Positions 23,297 to 36,306 of a stretch of DNA of 64,000 nt are shown here, piece after piece. How positions within the stretch are numbered: position 1 is the stretch's first letter; each line of letters begins with the position of its first letter. The notes under the pieces are model-generated. The model worked only from the letters and a program-made list of their open reading frames with translations. It searched no databases and was not told the DNA's origin. The stretch comes from Squalus acanthias (lineage: Eukaryota): NCBI GenBank assembly GCA_030390025.1, contig CM059432.1, positions 8,556,001 to 8,620,000 of the forward strand, written 5' to 3'. Both the position numbers and the translations under genes were made by a program.

Positions 23297-25004
23297 TGTA
23301 ATGTTTCCAAAATTTAAAACCGAAGGAAAAAGGACTTTGGAACTACCTCAGAGTGATAAAAATTGCATTTGGGCCTAACATAAGGAATTTAAGACCAAAA
23401 ACCAAGTTTTGGCATTTTAAAAACATGTCTGGGCCTGTAAAGGGAGAAAAGGCTGTGAAGGAAGTTGGGTTCGACCTCTGTAAAAGCAGTTTGGGTATTG
23501 CAGTTAATTGCAATGTCTGGGGAACCGGGATGATCTCACTCAAAGCCCCAGCACGCATTAATATTTTGACAATAGACCCTAGGAGAAGACAGTCCCACCC
23601 AAAATAATAGGTCCCATCAACCCGATTACAGGGCCCATCAAGAAACATGAATAATACAGAGCACCCAGGACTAGGCTATAGATCAGTCTAGGAACCCAAA
23701 ACACAAAACCAATCACCAGCAATCAGCCAAGAAGATCGACAGGATGCAAACCATCCCAAAAACCCATTTGACACTTACAGAGCAGATACTGGTAGCAGGC
23801 CCGCCAAATTCAGACAATGAACTGAACAGATTTGGTGGGTAGGTAAGGCCATATTCAATGGGTCAGATTGAAGGCCTGTTAAAACCCAGTTAACGTGCTA
23901 GTAAATCATTACCGATTTACGAGCCCGCCAAAACTGGACAATGAACTGAACAGATTTGGCGGGTAGATAAGGCCACTTCAATTCTGCATAATTGAAGGCC
24001 CTCCAAGCACACACCAAGCAGGAAGAGCTAGCTAGAAGAGAGAGAAACAACACAGTCCAGCGTTCGTTGGGTCGAGCAGTCAGTCGCAACCGGTGGTCAT
24101 CAGAAGGAGGAGAGACCAAGAAGAAGAAGGCCCGAGCTGGAAGCGAGTCGGCATCGCTCACCACTCAGACACACCTGAGTCCAGCTCGTGAAGATACCAC
24201 CTCGACGGACCTCCAACAACGACCCCAACACAGTCACCCGGAGCAACAAGCAGCAACAAGTCACCGACAGCTCCACGAGGTCGACCGACACACCAACCAA
24301 GGCCTAAAGCCATCGCGGAAACCAAAGGCCTCACGAAACCAACAACCGCGCATTACCCCCAACTGACCGGGTAATGGCAGGCCACCGTGACCAACAAAGA
24401 CCAACTCCAGGGAAGAAAACCCGAAGAATCGCAAAGTTTCCACACTACAAACTACTCCTGACTTACCCCTGGGTAAGATTTTCCCCAAAGACTCTAAGCC
24501 CTGCTACTCAACTAAAGAAATTGGGTACTCACCAGATAAATCCATAACGACATCCTACCGCATCAGCGGACTCGCGAAGACTGACCAGAGACCCAGGTGA
24601 AGTCCTCTACCGCGTACGGGGTACGGCAGACAACAACCGCCATAAACAGTGAACCCCAAAACCGCGATTTAGCCCAACTGTCAAAGGATTGGTGAGCATT
24701 ATCCCTGGTCCTTCAAAACCTAACTTAGCTAGTAAAGTGGGGTTGGGAGGGGTGAAGTATTGTTCTACTGTCATTTCCCTCGCTTGTACCGAAGTGTTCC
24801 CCACCTTTAAAGTGATAAGAGTGTTATTATTTGTGTCTTACCTTTTAATAAAGATTGAAGTTCTTTCATCAAACTCAGTTGTCTGCTGCACCTTTTGTAT
24901 CACAACCCCCAAATAAGTCCAAGGTCTAGAACCAAGGGTGTGGGAGCGATTCGAACCGCTCAGAAGTCAGAGGTAAAGCTGACACAAAAACACCATCCCC
25001 TGCA
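23297..25004 (+). mobile_element. Solo LTR (1.7 kb) inserted 20 bp inside the Harbinger left end
   Basis: TGTA...TGCA termini, flanks CCT(T)/CCTT, AATAAA at 24847; both ends homologous to 45707-47005. Confidence 0.85.
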
Positions 25005-25435
25005 CCTTCAGCCCACGTCCGGCGCGGCCTGCGCTGAACGCCATCTTGGTGAGGGCAGGAGCACGGGCGGTACGTGCGTGCACCGGCATCATGCAGAGTA
25101 GGCAAATTGTGAAGCCAGTCAGCGTGTGATGCTGATTTGATGCACGACCTGCAATTTTCAACCTCACCGCTCCAATTAACCACCTCTCCTAAACATGCAC
25201 AGTTGGACGTGCGTTCAGCTGCACGAGGGACCCCCCACCAGCGCTACTTAAAGGGACACATCCAACTTGCAGGTTAGTTGCTTATTGCCACGAACTGGCT
25301 CTTGTAGATTTTGTAGGAGTGCTGGGTTGCTGGAAGAGATTTTAAAAGTTGTGAAAGCGTGCAGGGAGTGCGGCTGGACGTTGGGAAGGTTTTGGCTGCT
25401 CCTGGAATCTCTGACTACACCACTTGCTCCCAGTC

Positions 25436-26530
25436 ATGGGTGCTCTGGTTGCAGTCCCCCTCATGCTGCAACATGACAGGGAGATGGAGCAGAGGCAGCA
25501 AAGAAGACACGCTGCTCACAGAGGGAAGAGGAGGGGGTGGAGGAGGGCTCTCAGCAGGAGGCCTTACCCACCTGGGGTCTTCAGGGGGCACTTCTTCTAC
25601 CTGCACCTGAGCCAGGAGCAGTGTATTCGGTGGCTCCACTTCACCAAGGAGGTGGTCACAGAACTCTGCCACCTCTTGGAACCAGACCTGCAGCCTCAGA
25701 GCAGGGCGACGACGGCCCTGCCAGTGGCCCTCAAGGTGACCGTGGCCCTGAATTTCTTCACCAGCGGATCCTTCTAGGTTGGAACAGGCGACATAGCAAA
25801 TATCTTTCAGTTCGCCATCCATCGCTGCATCCGAGAGGTCAGAGAGGATCTGTACGCTAGGAGAGGGGACTTCATTGTCTTCTCTCTGGAGCGTGCTCGT
25901 GGCTTTGCCAGGATAGCGGGCTTCCCCATGGTGCAGGGCGCCATCGACTGCACACACGTGGCTTTGCGGGCGCCGCATCTCAATGGTGAGATGTTCCGTA
26001 ACGCAAAGGGTACCACTCACTTAATGTGCAGTTGGTGTGCGACCACGCCCAGCACATCTTGCTGGTGAATGCCTGCTATCCTGGCAGCAGTCATGATGCG
26101 TTCATCCTGTGGCAGTTCGCTGTGCCAGCACTCTTCCAGCCACCACGTCGAATCCGAGGGTGCCTGCTCGGCAACAAGGGCTATCCGCTCTGCACCTGGC
26201 TGATGAATCCCCTCCGCAACCCCACCACTGGTGGCCAGCACTCATATAATGGGAGCCATGCAGCCACGAGGAGCTTCATCGAGCAGATTGTCGGGCTGCT
26301 GAAGCAACGGTTCCGCTGCCTTGACCACTCGGGAGGAGCCCTCCAGTACTCGCCGGAGCGCGTGTCCCAATTCATGGTGGTCTGCCGCACAACTTGGCCA
26401 TCATGAGGGCGCAGCCCTTGCCACCACGGATTCCACAACCACCTCAGGAGGAGGAGGAGGAGGAGGAAGAGGAGGAAGGGAGGAGGCAGCCGGCACATCC
26501 ATGTTCTGGACGGACTGTCTGTCAGCGCAA
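25436..26530 (+). pseudogene. Harbinger DDE transposase (HARBI1-like) pseudogene
   Basis: ALNFFTSGSF*, GFPMVQGAIDCTH, KGYHSLNVQLVCD, YPGSSHDAFIL, LLGNKGYP (catalytic D to N), IEQIVGLLKQRFRCL; stop at 25775, frameshift near 26002; 5'UTR intron 25273-25433. Confidence 0.9.
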
Positions 26531-26721
26531 CATCAGATTCCAGTTCCCGTAAATGAAACCCCAGATCCCCGTTGCTCAACACTTCCCCACCTTACCATCC
26601 CTCTGTCACGGACCATTACAGCGTCCTCTTGGCCACAATGCTGAAATGAAAGCCACCACAAAATAAACATTTCAAACCAAATTTATAAATCAATCAATCC
26701 AATATTACATAACAAAGTCAA

Positions 26722-29651
26722 ATAATCACCCTTGTGCATTCCCTTAGTGCCTGTCTTGCGTGTGCCTTTGCCTGTCCTAGTGCTCCTACGCAGTGCTACC
26801 CCAGTGGCTGCAGCATGGCTGGTGGAAGGCTGCTGACTTTCAGTGGAGGACACTGCAGATGACCTTACCAGGATGACCTCGAGCAGCTGTAGGCCTAGTA
26901 GGCCTGGCTGCGGACTGCACCACCTTGGCACGGGGGGCAGCAGTCTGGGCTGGCTGGCCAACAGGCAACAGCAAGGGCACTGGCGGAGTGGCAGTGGGGG
27001 AAGGACGAATGCTGTCATCCTGAGAGAGGACACCAGGTTGGCCCTCCACGGATCCACTGCCACTCCCCCTGGGGCAGCGCCTCAGCAATCCTATTAATCT
27101 GTTGGAGGACAGAATGCTGGACTGCTCTGACACCCTGCAGGGCCCTTTCAACACTGGTAAACACAGCCACGATGGCAACAGTCTGAGCTTGCGTGGCAGC
27201 ACTCAGACGTTGGGTCGCTTCCGCTTGTGCTGCAATGGAAGCTGAGACATCGGCCATCAGACGCTGCATCATGGTTGGGTCCACAAGTTGCCCATGACTT
27301 CCATCCTGGAAATTATAAGCTCCAAGCTCTGCGCAAAGCCATGTGCAGAGTTTTTTTTTAATTCATTCATGGGATGTGGGCGTCGCTGGCAAGGCCAGCA
27401 TTTATTGCCCATCCCTAGTTGCCCTCGAGAAGGTGGTGGTGAGCCGCCTTCTTGGATCACAGCAGTCCGTGTGGTGCCGGACTCCTCCATGCACTTTGAC
27501 AGTGACAACAGGTTCTCTGGCAGGTCTACCATTGCACCAAGTATTTCTGTGTGCATGCTCATCAGCCTTCTTCTGTAGGCCGCCCCATCGAAGTCCTCAC
27601 CTGATTCCTTTGCAGCAGAACTCGTGTGTGACCTCACCCTCCGGGGAGCTTGCACCTGTGCTGACCTTTCCCCCTGTCCTGGCTGCAGCCCACTCATGTC
27701 CGGTGACTCACCAAGCACAGATCCCACCTCTAAGCTACCCTCTAAAGTACGCACAGTGCCAGTATCTGAGCTGATGCCTGCGAGTGTCAGATCGAGTGAC
27801 AGTGTCTCTTCTTCTCCATCACTCTGCTCTTCCTGCACTGGCTCACCAGGTTGGAGCTCTTGGGTATCTGAAAGGAGAAAGGCCCAAGGGTCGGGTTGTG
27901 GTGCGGGGAGTGGGGGAAAGCAAGATGTGCGTGCTTACACCATCAGCAGCTAGCAAGTGAGAAGAGATTGTGGGATGAGGGGGAAGTGGGATGTGAGAAG
28001 GAGGATTAGGTATGAGGATACCGGCATCTTCAATGGTTTCAGCCTCAACACACGCCACAGCCTCAGTGACGGCCTCTCCAATAATGTCGAGTACCGTCTC
28101 CTCCAACTGGGTAAGGATATCGAGGCTAGCCCATCCCCCGCCGGTTAGCTACTGCTGCCTGCGGTTATGAGCCACTTTGCCCTGCAAGAGAGAGGGAAGT
28201 GTGTCAGTGAGTGTGGTGCAATGTGTTTGGGTGATATGTGTGTCAGTGAGTGTGGTGCAATGTGTTTGGGTGATGTGTGTGTCAGTGAGTGTGGTGCAAT
28301 GTGTTTGGGTGATGTGTGTGTCAGTGAGTGTGGTGCAATGTGTTTGGGTGAAGTGTGTCAGTGAGTATAGTGCAATGTGTTTGGGTGAAGTGTGTCAGTG
28401 AGTGTGGTGCAATGTGTTTGAGTGAAGTGTGTCAGTGAGTGTGGTGCAATGTGTTTGGGTGATGTGTGTCAGTGAGTGTGGTGCAATGTGTTTGGGTGAA
28501 GTATGTCAGTGAGTGTGGTGCAATGTGTTTGGGTGAAGTGTGTCAGTGAGTGTGGTGCAATGTGTTTGGGTGATGTGTGTCAGTGAGTGTGGCGTAATGT
28601 GTTTGGGTGATGTGTGTCAGTGAGTGTGGTGCAATGTGTTTGGGTGAAGTGTGTCAGTGAGTGTGGTGCAATGTGTTTGGGTGAAGTGTGTCAGTGAGTG
28701 TGGTGCAATGTGTTTGGGTGATGTGTGTCAGTGAGTGTAGCGCAATGTGTTTGGGTGAAGTGTGTCAGTGAGTGTGGTGCAATGTGTTTGGGTGAAGTGT
28801 GTCAGTGAGTGCGGTGCAATGTGTTTGGGTGAAGTGTGTCAGTGAGTGTGGTGCAATGTGTTTGGGTGATGTGTGTGTCAGTGAGTGTGGTGCAATGTGT
28901 TTGGGTGAAGTGTGTGTCAGTGAGTGTGGTGCAATGTGTTTGGGTGATGTGTGTGTCAGTGAGTGTGGTGCAATGTGTTTGGGTGATGTGTGTGTCAGTG
29001 AGTGTGGAGCAATGTGTTTGGGTGATGTGTGTGTCAGTGAGTGTGGTGCAATGTGTTTGGGTGATGTGTGTGTCAGTGAGTGTGGCGCAATGTGTTTGGG
29101 TGATGTGTGTGTCAGTGAGTGTGGTGCAATGTGTTTGGGTGATGTGTGTGTCAGTGAGTGTGGCGCAATATATTTGGGTGATGTGCCTGTCATGGTTGAA
29201 TAGCTGGCAGTGTGTGCAAGCTGTGAGATATGGGTGTGAGGCTTGCAGTAGTGGCAGGTGAGTAAGGGTGAGGTGAACCTATGAGTGTGAGGTATGAGTC
29301 GTGATTGATAGAGATTGTTGGTCGGTGAGTGAAGGAGTATGATGCATTGAGCAGTGTGTGAGGTTAGTGGTGCAGTTGGTGGGATGTGGCATTTGAAGAA
29401 ACATTCACTGACCTTGACCACTCGTGTGAGTCATTGAACTTCTTTCAGCACTGCATCCATGTCCTCGGGGCAACACTGCTGGCATTGACCGTGTCGGCTA
29501 TCTGCTCCCACTGCCTTTCGCAGTGTGTGTCCGAGGGCCTCCTGGCCCCCTGCGGATAGAGGACCTGTCTCCTCCGTTCTACCCGCTGCACCAAGGCCTC
29601 TAGTGATGTGTCCGAGAACCTTGGAGTCCTTCCTCTGGCCTGTTGAGCCAT
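26722..29651 (-). pseudogene. Harbinger Myb/SANT-like DNA-binding protein pseudogene, three exons (about 29651-29413, 28182-28022, 27867-26722)
   Basis: PRFSDTSLEALV...WEQIADTVN...RTWMQC*KKFND trihelix motif; exon 2 KVAHNRRQQ*LTGGG; GT-AG boundaries; LINE-B tail inserted at about 27350-27465. Confidence 0.8.
28198..29186. repeat. Minisatellite, about 26 units of 37/39 bp
   Basis: (GT)GTGTGTCAGTGAGTGTGGTGCAATGTGTTTGGGTGA(T/A) in tandem. Confidence 0.97.
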
Positions 29652-29969
29652 TTTTCACTCTTCTTCTTTCTGACCCTTGCCTCCACAACCAGTTCCAGCA
29701 GCTGTTGCAGGCAGAATGCACCTCCCCTTTAAGAGGTGCAGACTGCCTTTAAGAAGTGGAGGCTAGCTTTAATTGGAGCCAGCCTCAGCCACTCAGCAGC
29801 GCATTCAGCCCTGGGCGGAACACTGCAATCATTGTAATTAACAGGCAGCATGAAGGTCGTGTGCTGCCTGCATTCCGTTCAACGGGCGTGGGCCGATTGT
29901 GCATCGTGGTCCCACAGGACTGTTTTCGTGTCCAATCCAATTTTTAGCCCAATATTCAAACAAAATAGG

Positions 29970-30240
29970 GACATAGGAACAGGAGGAGGCCAGTTAGCCC
30001 CTCGAGCTTGTTCCACCATTCAATGAGATCACGGCTGATCTGTGACCTAACTCCATATACCCGCCTGTGCCCAATATCCCTTCATACTTTGGTTAACAAA
30101 AGCCTATCAATCTCAGATTTAAAATTAACAATTGATCTGGCATCAACTGCTGTTTGCGGAAGAGAGTTCCAAACTTCTCCCGCCCTTTGTGTGTCGAAGT
30201 GTTTCCTAATTTCACTCCTGAAAGGCCTGGCTCTAATTTG
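29970..30240 (-). mobile_element. CR1 3' fragment
   Basis: CR1 3'UTR with (TTCCTATG)-type tail; related to 36541. Confidence 0.75.
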
Positions 30241-30625
30241 ATTCTAATTCTAAAATCATTCGACCTGTAGAACTCAATTGGAAAAATAGAATCGTGTCAG
30301 GTTTCGAAAAATAAGAGCGCTGTCTGCTTGCACCGTGCTGTTCCACGCACTGCTACATATCTGCCCTCATTAGTGTGACCGCTTCCAGTTAGTGATATTG
30401 TTCATTGATTTCTTGCTCTCGAGGCCTCAAAGGACTGCAATGAATAGAGCTTAAATCCTTTGGTGTTGATTTTGTGGTGACGTTGGTGGAGATAGCAGCA
30501 ATTCTGAACTCTGGAAGCGCAGGCACACTTAAACACTCCGAACCTCTCGCACAAGCAGCGAATTCAAAGGGGCAGGAATGCATTTGAAGAGGAATTCGAC
30601 CGATTAAACTTTCAAATTACTCTAA

Positions 30626-31304
30626 GAGGGAAAAATTGAGTTGATTTGCGCCTCTCGTTAGCGCCCCCTAACAGGGGGCCGCTAACGGGGCGCATTTCCC
30701 CTAGCTCCCGGGCGCGGCGCTGCTAATGCCTCCCGCGAAATTCAGCGGTAACGTCATCGCCGTGTGTAGTGCCCTGGCCGCAAACTTCCCTTGCGCCCCC
30801 TGACCTATCGCTGGACGATATGTCCGACAGGGTCAGGGGGGGCCGTTGTTGCAGCCGCGGCGGCGCTACTTAAAGGGCAGGTGTCGGGTGACCATTTTTA
30901 TTTTGGCCGACTGCCAGCACCTGCCCCCTTCCCCCTTTTATCTTCAGGGTGCCGGCCGTGATCGCTCAGCCCGGCCGGCGCTCCTCTTGAGTGCCGGGCT
31001 GTTTTCCCAGCACCCCGCTCCCCGGTCGTCCAGCAGGGCCCCGGTGCGCACAGCGCTAGGCCCCTCCCCTTTACTCAGGGGAGGGAGGGCTGCAATGACA
31101 TGGCGCTACATGCCGACGCACGTGGCGCTGTTGCACGTAGCGCCGTGATATTCAGTTGTAGCGACCCAGGAAGGAAGGGGAGCGCTTCCAGTAGTGCCCC
31201 GCCTCCTGCTGGGGCGCTACCACTGAATTTCAGGCGGAGGGGCGCTAAAAGTAGCGCCCTGGCGACATCAGCGGCCCAAAAGGGCAACACCAAATTTTTC
31301 CCCC
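30626..31304. mobile_element. Harbinger-type MITE, family D
   Basis: Ends GAGGGAAAAATT / AATTTTTCCCCC, canonical TSD TAA. Confidence 0.82.
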
Positions 31305-31582
31305 TAAGTTCCTGTCATGTGTCTTTTGAAGGTAAAGATTTGGGAGAAGGCTTTTTTAATTTATTGAACAAATTCTGCCAACTTCAAACTCCGAGGAAAA
31401 CAAAACCCATTTGAAAATGTAGTCAGAGGAGAAGATTAGTGACTGAACTTTTAAAGTCTTTGTCAGCTATAGATTCCAATCATGCCTCAATGGAAGCAGT
31501 GTGCAGTCAAAAGCAACCCGCATACTACTTCTTAGACGGATTAGTGGCATTTAGAGATACAGGTCAAAGTAGTAAGAGGTCT

Positions 31583-32515
31583 CACCCATTCTCTCCAACC
31601 TCCTCCAGCCCTACGACCCTCCGAGATCTCTGCGTTCCTCCAATTCTGGCCTCTTGCGCATCTCCGATTTCCTTCGCTCCACCATTGGCGGCCGTGCCTT
31701 CAGCTGCCTGGGCCCCTAAGCTGGGTATTATCAAATAAAATTTGACTCTGAGCCACATAAGTTCTGACGAAGGGTCATCGACCTGAAACGTTAACTCTGT
31801 TTCTCTCTCCACAGATGCTGCCCGACCGGGTGAGTATTTCCAGCATTTTCTGTTTTTATTCCACATGAGGAGATATTAGGACAGATGGCCAAAAGCTGTC
31901 GGCAAAGAGGTGGCTTTTAAGGAGCGTCTGAAAGGAGGAGAGCGAGGGAGAGAGGAGGAGAGGTTTAGGGAGGAAATTCCAGAGCTTGGGGACTAGGCAG
32001 CTGAAGGCACGGCCGCCAATGGTGGAGCGATTATAATCAGGGATGCTCAAGAGGCCAGAATTGGAGGAGCCAATGTAAGTCAGCAACCTTGGTTTAGGCT
32101 CCTTCTGGGTGGGTTATCTTAATCAAGGGCAAACTGACACAAGAATTTCTGCTGAGTTGGAATTGTCCCTTTGAGAAAGTGGTGCAATCAAAAAAATCAC
32201 TCAGCAACAACAACAACGATTTGCATTTATATAGCGCCTTCAACCGAGAAAAAGTCCCTGAGCAATTCACAGAAGTGTTATCAAACAAAAATAGACACTG
32301 AGGCAAAGGAGGAGATATTCAGAGGTGTGACCAAAAGCTTGGTCAAAGAGATAGATGTTGAAGGAGGAATGAGAGACAGAGAGTTGGAGGGGTTTAGGGA
32401 GGGAATTCGAGAATGTGGAGCCTAGGTGGCTGAAAGCATGACCACTAACGATGGGGCAAAGTGAGAGAAGGATGCAAAAGGGGCCAGAGTTTGGAGGAAC
32501 AGAGCGTTGGAGAGG
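31583..32515. mobile_element. Cluster of L2 3' fragments (31583-31725 plus; 31727-32070 and 32205-32515 minus)
   Basis: CCACCATTGGCGGCCGTGCCTTCAGCTGCC L2 3' motif and tail. Confidence 0.75.
31760..31860 (+). mobile_element. Solitary PLE family 1 terminal repeat beginning at the hammerhead motif (31760-31796)
   Basis: AGTT-CTGACGA-A-GGGTC atc GACCT-GAAA-CG-TT-AACT; flanks CCACAT(A/G)AG. Confidence 0.78.
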
Positions 32516-32527
32516 ATTTTTTTTCTT

Positions 32528-32646
32528 CGACCTGAAACGTTAACTCTGTTTCTCTCTCCACGGATGTTGCCTGGCCTGCTGAGTTTTTCCAGCGCTTTCT
32601 GTTGTTATTTCAGTTTTCCAGCATCTGCAGTATTTTGCTATTGTAT
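32528..32646 (+). mobile_element. PLE family 1 terminal repeat fragment
   Basis: Matches 11637-11757. Confidence 0.75.
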
Positions 32647-33155
32647 TTTTTTTTAAATATTCGTTCCTGGGATGTGGGCGTCGCTGGCAAGGCCAGCATT
32701 TATTGCCCATCCCTAATTGCCCTCGAGAAGGTGGTGCTGAGCCGCCTTCTTGAACCGCTGCAGTCTGTGTGGTGAAGGTACTCCCACAGTGATGTTAGGG
32801 AGGGAGTTCCAGGATTTTGACCCAGCGACGATGAAGGATCGGCGATATACTTCCAAGTCAGGGTGGTGTGTGACTTGGAGGGAACTTGCAGGTGATGGTG
32901 TTCCCATGCGCCTGCTGCCCTTGTCCTTCTAGGTGGAAGAGGTCGCGGGTTTGGGAGGTGCTGCCGAAGAGTCCTTGGCGAGTTGCTGCAGTGCATCTTG
33001 TAGATGGTACACACTGCAGCCACGGTACGCCAGTGGTGGAGTGAATGAATGTTTAAGGTGGTAGATGGGGTGCCAATCAAGCGGGCTGCTTTGTCCTGGA
33101 TGCTGTCGAGCTTCTTGAGTGTTGTTGGAGCTGCACTCATCCAGGCAAGTGGAAT
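32647..33155 (-). mobile_element. LINE family B 3' fragment
   Basis: Reverse complement of 17768-18215. Confidence 0.85.
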
Positions 33156-33920
33156 TAGATTGTCGAGCTGGACGAGGTTATAGACATAGGGAGGGGCAAG
33201 GCCTTGAAGAGATTTTAACATGAGGAGGTGACAGACAGCCAGGAGCTGATATATGTCAGCGAGCATAGGGGTGATGGATGATGATGTTCTTGCTCAGGCC
33301 AACATCCCCAGCATCGAAGCTTTGACCACGCTCGATCAGCTCCGATTGGACGGGCCACATCGTCCGCATGCCCGATACGAGACTCCCAAAACAAGCACTC
33401 TACTCGGAGCTCCGGCACGGCAAGAGAGCCCCAGGTGGGCAGAGGAAACGATTCAAGGACACCCTCAAAGCCTCCTTGAAAAAGTGTAACATCCCCACCG
33501 ACACCTGGGAATCCCTGGCCCAAGACCGCACAAAGTGGAGGAGAAGCATCCGGGAAGGCGCTGAACACCTGGAGTCTCTTCGCCGGGAGCAAGCGGAAGC
33601 CAAGTGCAAACAGCGGAAGGAGCGCACGTCAACCCAAGCACCCCACCCACCCGCCCCTTCAACCACCGTCTGCCCCACCTGTGACAGAGACTGTAGGTCC
33701 CACATCGGACTCATCAGTCACCTGAGAACTAATTTTTAATGTGGAAGCAAGTCATCCTCGGTTCCGAGGGACTGCCTAAGAAGAAGAAGGATGGATGAGT
33801 AGGACTTGGTGCGGAATAGGATGCGGGTAGCAGAGTTTCAGTTGAGCTGAAGTGTATAGAGCGTGGCGGGTGGAAGGTGGGCCAGGAGAGCATAGGAGTA
33901 GTCAAGTCTGGAGGTGACTA
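33156..33920 (-). mobile_element. L2 fragment split by an RTE insertion
   Basis: L2 C-terminal motif sequence continues across the RTE. Confidence 0.65.
33283..33788 (+). mobile_element. 5'-truncated RTE-clade LINE (same subfamily as 3210)
   Basis: Near-identical to 3210-3677, (AAG)n tail, TSD GATGGATGA. Confidence 0.9.
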
Positions 33921-34790
33921 CGACACTCCTCCATACGATTAAGCACATTTGAGAAACAAGGTGAATGGAGTTGTGTCCACAGTAGAGGAGGAGTTCAGCT
34001 GAGGGAAGCCAGAATTTACACCCAAATTATACGGCCCGATTTCCATCAATGTAACCTCTCTGAATCAACGCAGACTGTACGCTGTAGTCTCATGATGATA
34101 ATGACATTTCTTATTATGTTGTACATATCACTGACCCATATTACTGGGCTACAGAGGCTGTACGAGCATTTTTAATTGCTTTTCACTGGTGTTTTTGATA
34201 GGGATTTTTCTGGTCAAGAAATAAAATACACCAATTCAGCTGCTTCAAAAGATATCAAATCCATTACAAGCTTGGGTTTACATGTAACATTCTGGCTTCA
34301 GTCCAGTTCAATCAAGCCAATTTAATTCAAATTTCCATTCATTTGAAATAAATGTTAGAACCTATTCTAGACGGGGGGCGGGGGGGGGGGAAATGAATTT
34401 GTCTCTCTCGCTTTCCACAATAAATGTAATACCATTGAACCCTTTCATTGTTAAATCTTGTTCGCCACAACAGAATGTCACTAAATTATTAGAGGAGAGT
34501 CGGTTATCTCAGGAGCAGGTTGATTGAGGTTACCGACTGAGGTTTGATGAAACAGGCTTCCGCTTCAGGATCAAGCTCAGTTACAGCCGGGCGTGCGATT
34601 GCACGCTTGTAATGAGGGACACAGTAAATATCAGGGCCGGATTCCGAAAACGAAAAAACCCCGGATTGAAAAGATTGACAAATAGGCCAATTGTGCTGCG
34701 CAGTTTGCCCGGACACGCAGCCGTTCGGGCAACAGGAGTGAGAACAAATCCAGTAGGCGCTTCCAAGTTAAAACAAGCGGTGGTTACGCT

Positions 34791-35523
34791 GGCCCGGATT
34801 TTACGGGGCTCTATGACCGCGTACGCACAGAGTGCGTGGTCGTAAGTGCCCCCCCCCCAAAGTTTCGAGTTTCCACATGCGACGCACATGCGCGAAAACT
34901 CGGAACTGGCGATCTGTCCAGATTCCAGCTTGGACAGATCGTACGAATACACAGGAAATGGACAATCACGGGCGGAGGGTTGGGCTATTTGCCCCAACTG
35001 CTGCCCAGCGAATGCCCACGAAACCCTTACGCCTGGTAAAAGCAGGTGTAGGACCTTCTTTTACCAGCGTAAGGGTTTAAATAATTATTAAAATACATTT
35101 TTTTTAAATGATTTAACCAGACAAAAGCCTTTAAAATTAGTTCAGGTTAATTTTGGCCCCTTGAAAAATGTTTAATTTTTTTGTTTTAAATGTTTAGTTA
35201 AATTGTCTTTTAATTAATTTTGACCATTCTTTCAGTGTTGTGATAGTGTGTTTTTTCGGGGATTCCTATTCATGCTCGTGGGGATTCGGTACGGAAATGG
35301 AATCCCCCATAAGCATAATGGGAACCCCCCTTTGTGATTGGTTGGCCTGGCCCACGTGGTCCCAGGGATGCTCATGAACCGCCTGCCCCCCTGGGATACG
35401 TGGGCCTTTATGCAGGCCTACACCTGCAGGCACGAAGGTACGGAGCAATCAGGTAGGTGCGGAGTTTACTTGCAGTTCGGAGGCATCCGCCCGCGGGAAG
35501 CTTCCGACCGCAATTTCCAGCCC
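34791..35523. mobile_element. Harbinger-type MITE, family E
   Basis: Ends GGCCCGGATTTTACGG / CCGCAATTTCCAGCCC; GC-rich arms and AT-rich centre; TSD not conserved. Confidence 0.6.
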
Positions 35524-35572
35524 ATTACAACGAAACAAAAAAAAAAAAATTGCTGGCAATGTTCAGGAGATA

Positions 35573-36306
35573 GGGCCAGATCTTGCTGGATCGGGGAATT
35601 TTGCGGCGTGCCCCATTCGTTAGACTTTTTCCCTCACCCTTCAGCGTGACAAAATTTTGCCCTGTACGTTGCTGGAAGGGCGAACTGATAACGGCGCAGC
35701 GGGGGCAGCGCTGCATCTGGGGCCTTGGTGAACGACGGGACCAACCAATGAGATTTAAGGATTGAGAAAGGACAACGGAAAAGGAAATAGGGTGAATTAG
35801 AGCCAAATGAGGTCCAGAAAGAGAAATAGAGGGAAAGAAAGATTGGATTAAGAGAGAGAGAAAAGAGACAGAAAGGAACGTAAGAAAATTAAAAAATGTT
35901 TAACACCTTTAAAATCTCTAACAACAATTTACTACCTGTAGGAATGAGATAGGAATGAGACAGTTTAAATTGTTCCCTTTCTGGGCTGGAGAGGTTGAGT
36001 GGCATTGCAGAAACATAAATCTCCTCATTATAAGGTACTTACGTCGTTAAGTAGAAGCCCGAACTTGCTGTGCTGAGTTTAATGATTAATTAACGCGCGA
36101 CTGCAGCAATATCGTGAAACTCATGGAGAGGTTGAGGGCGAGCTGCCGTTTCCGCAAGGCTGACGGCGGAGCGGCGCAAATCATCCGGCAGCTGGTGGCG
36201 ATTCGCAACTCACCGAGTATCTCTTCCTCGCCACAAGTCGCTGGGCAATTTACACAGGGTGAGCGCCATTAAGCTCGCTGTTATTTTTGGCAGCAGAATC
36301 TGGGCC
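35573..36306. mobile_element. Harbinger-type MITE, family B relative
   Basis: Starts GGGCCAGATCTTGCTGGA; internal match to the reverse complement of 3090-3210; flanks ATA/ATT. Confidence 0.72.

Larger units (their letters stand above)
23277..29950. mobile_element. Complete, decayed autonomous-type PIF/Harbinger transposon
   Basis: TSD AAT on both sides, ends GGCCGCGAATTT / AATTTTTAGCCC, convergent transposase and Myb/SANT genes. Confidence 0.85.

Noticed and set aside
28167..29421. Cys-rich and His-rich repetitive ORFs
   Set aside because: They are translations of the 39-bp minisatellite, and the 37-bp units break the frame.
25436..29651. Domesticated HARBI1 / NAIF1 / MSANTD host genes
   Set aside because: Stops, frameshifts, a lost catalytic Asp, and transposon termini with TSDs.
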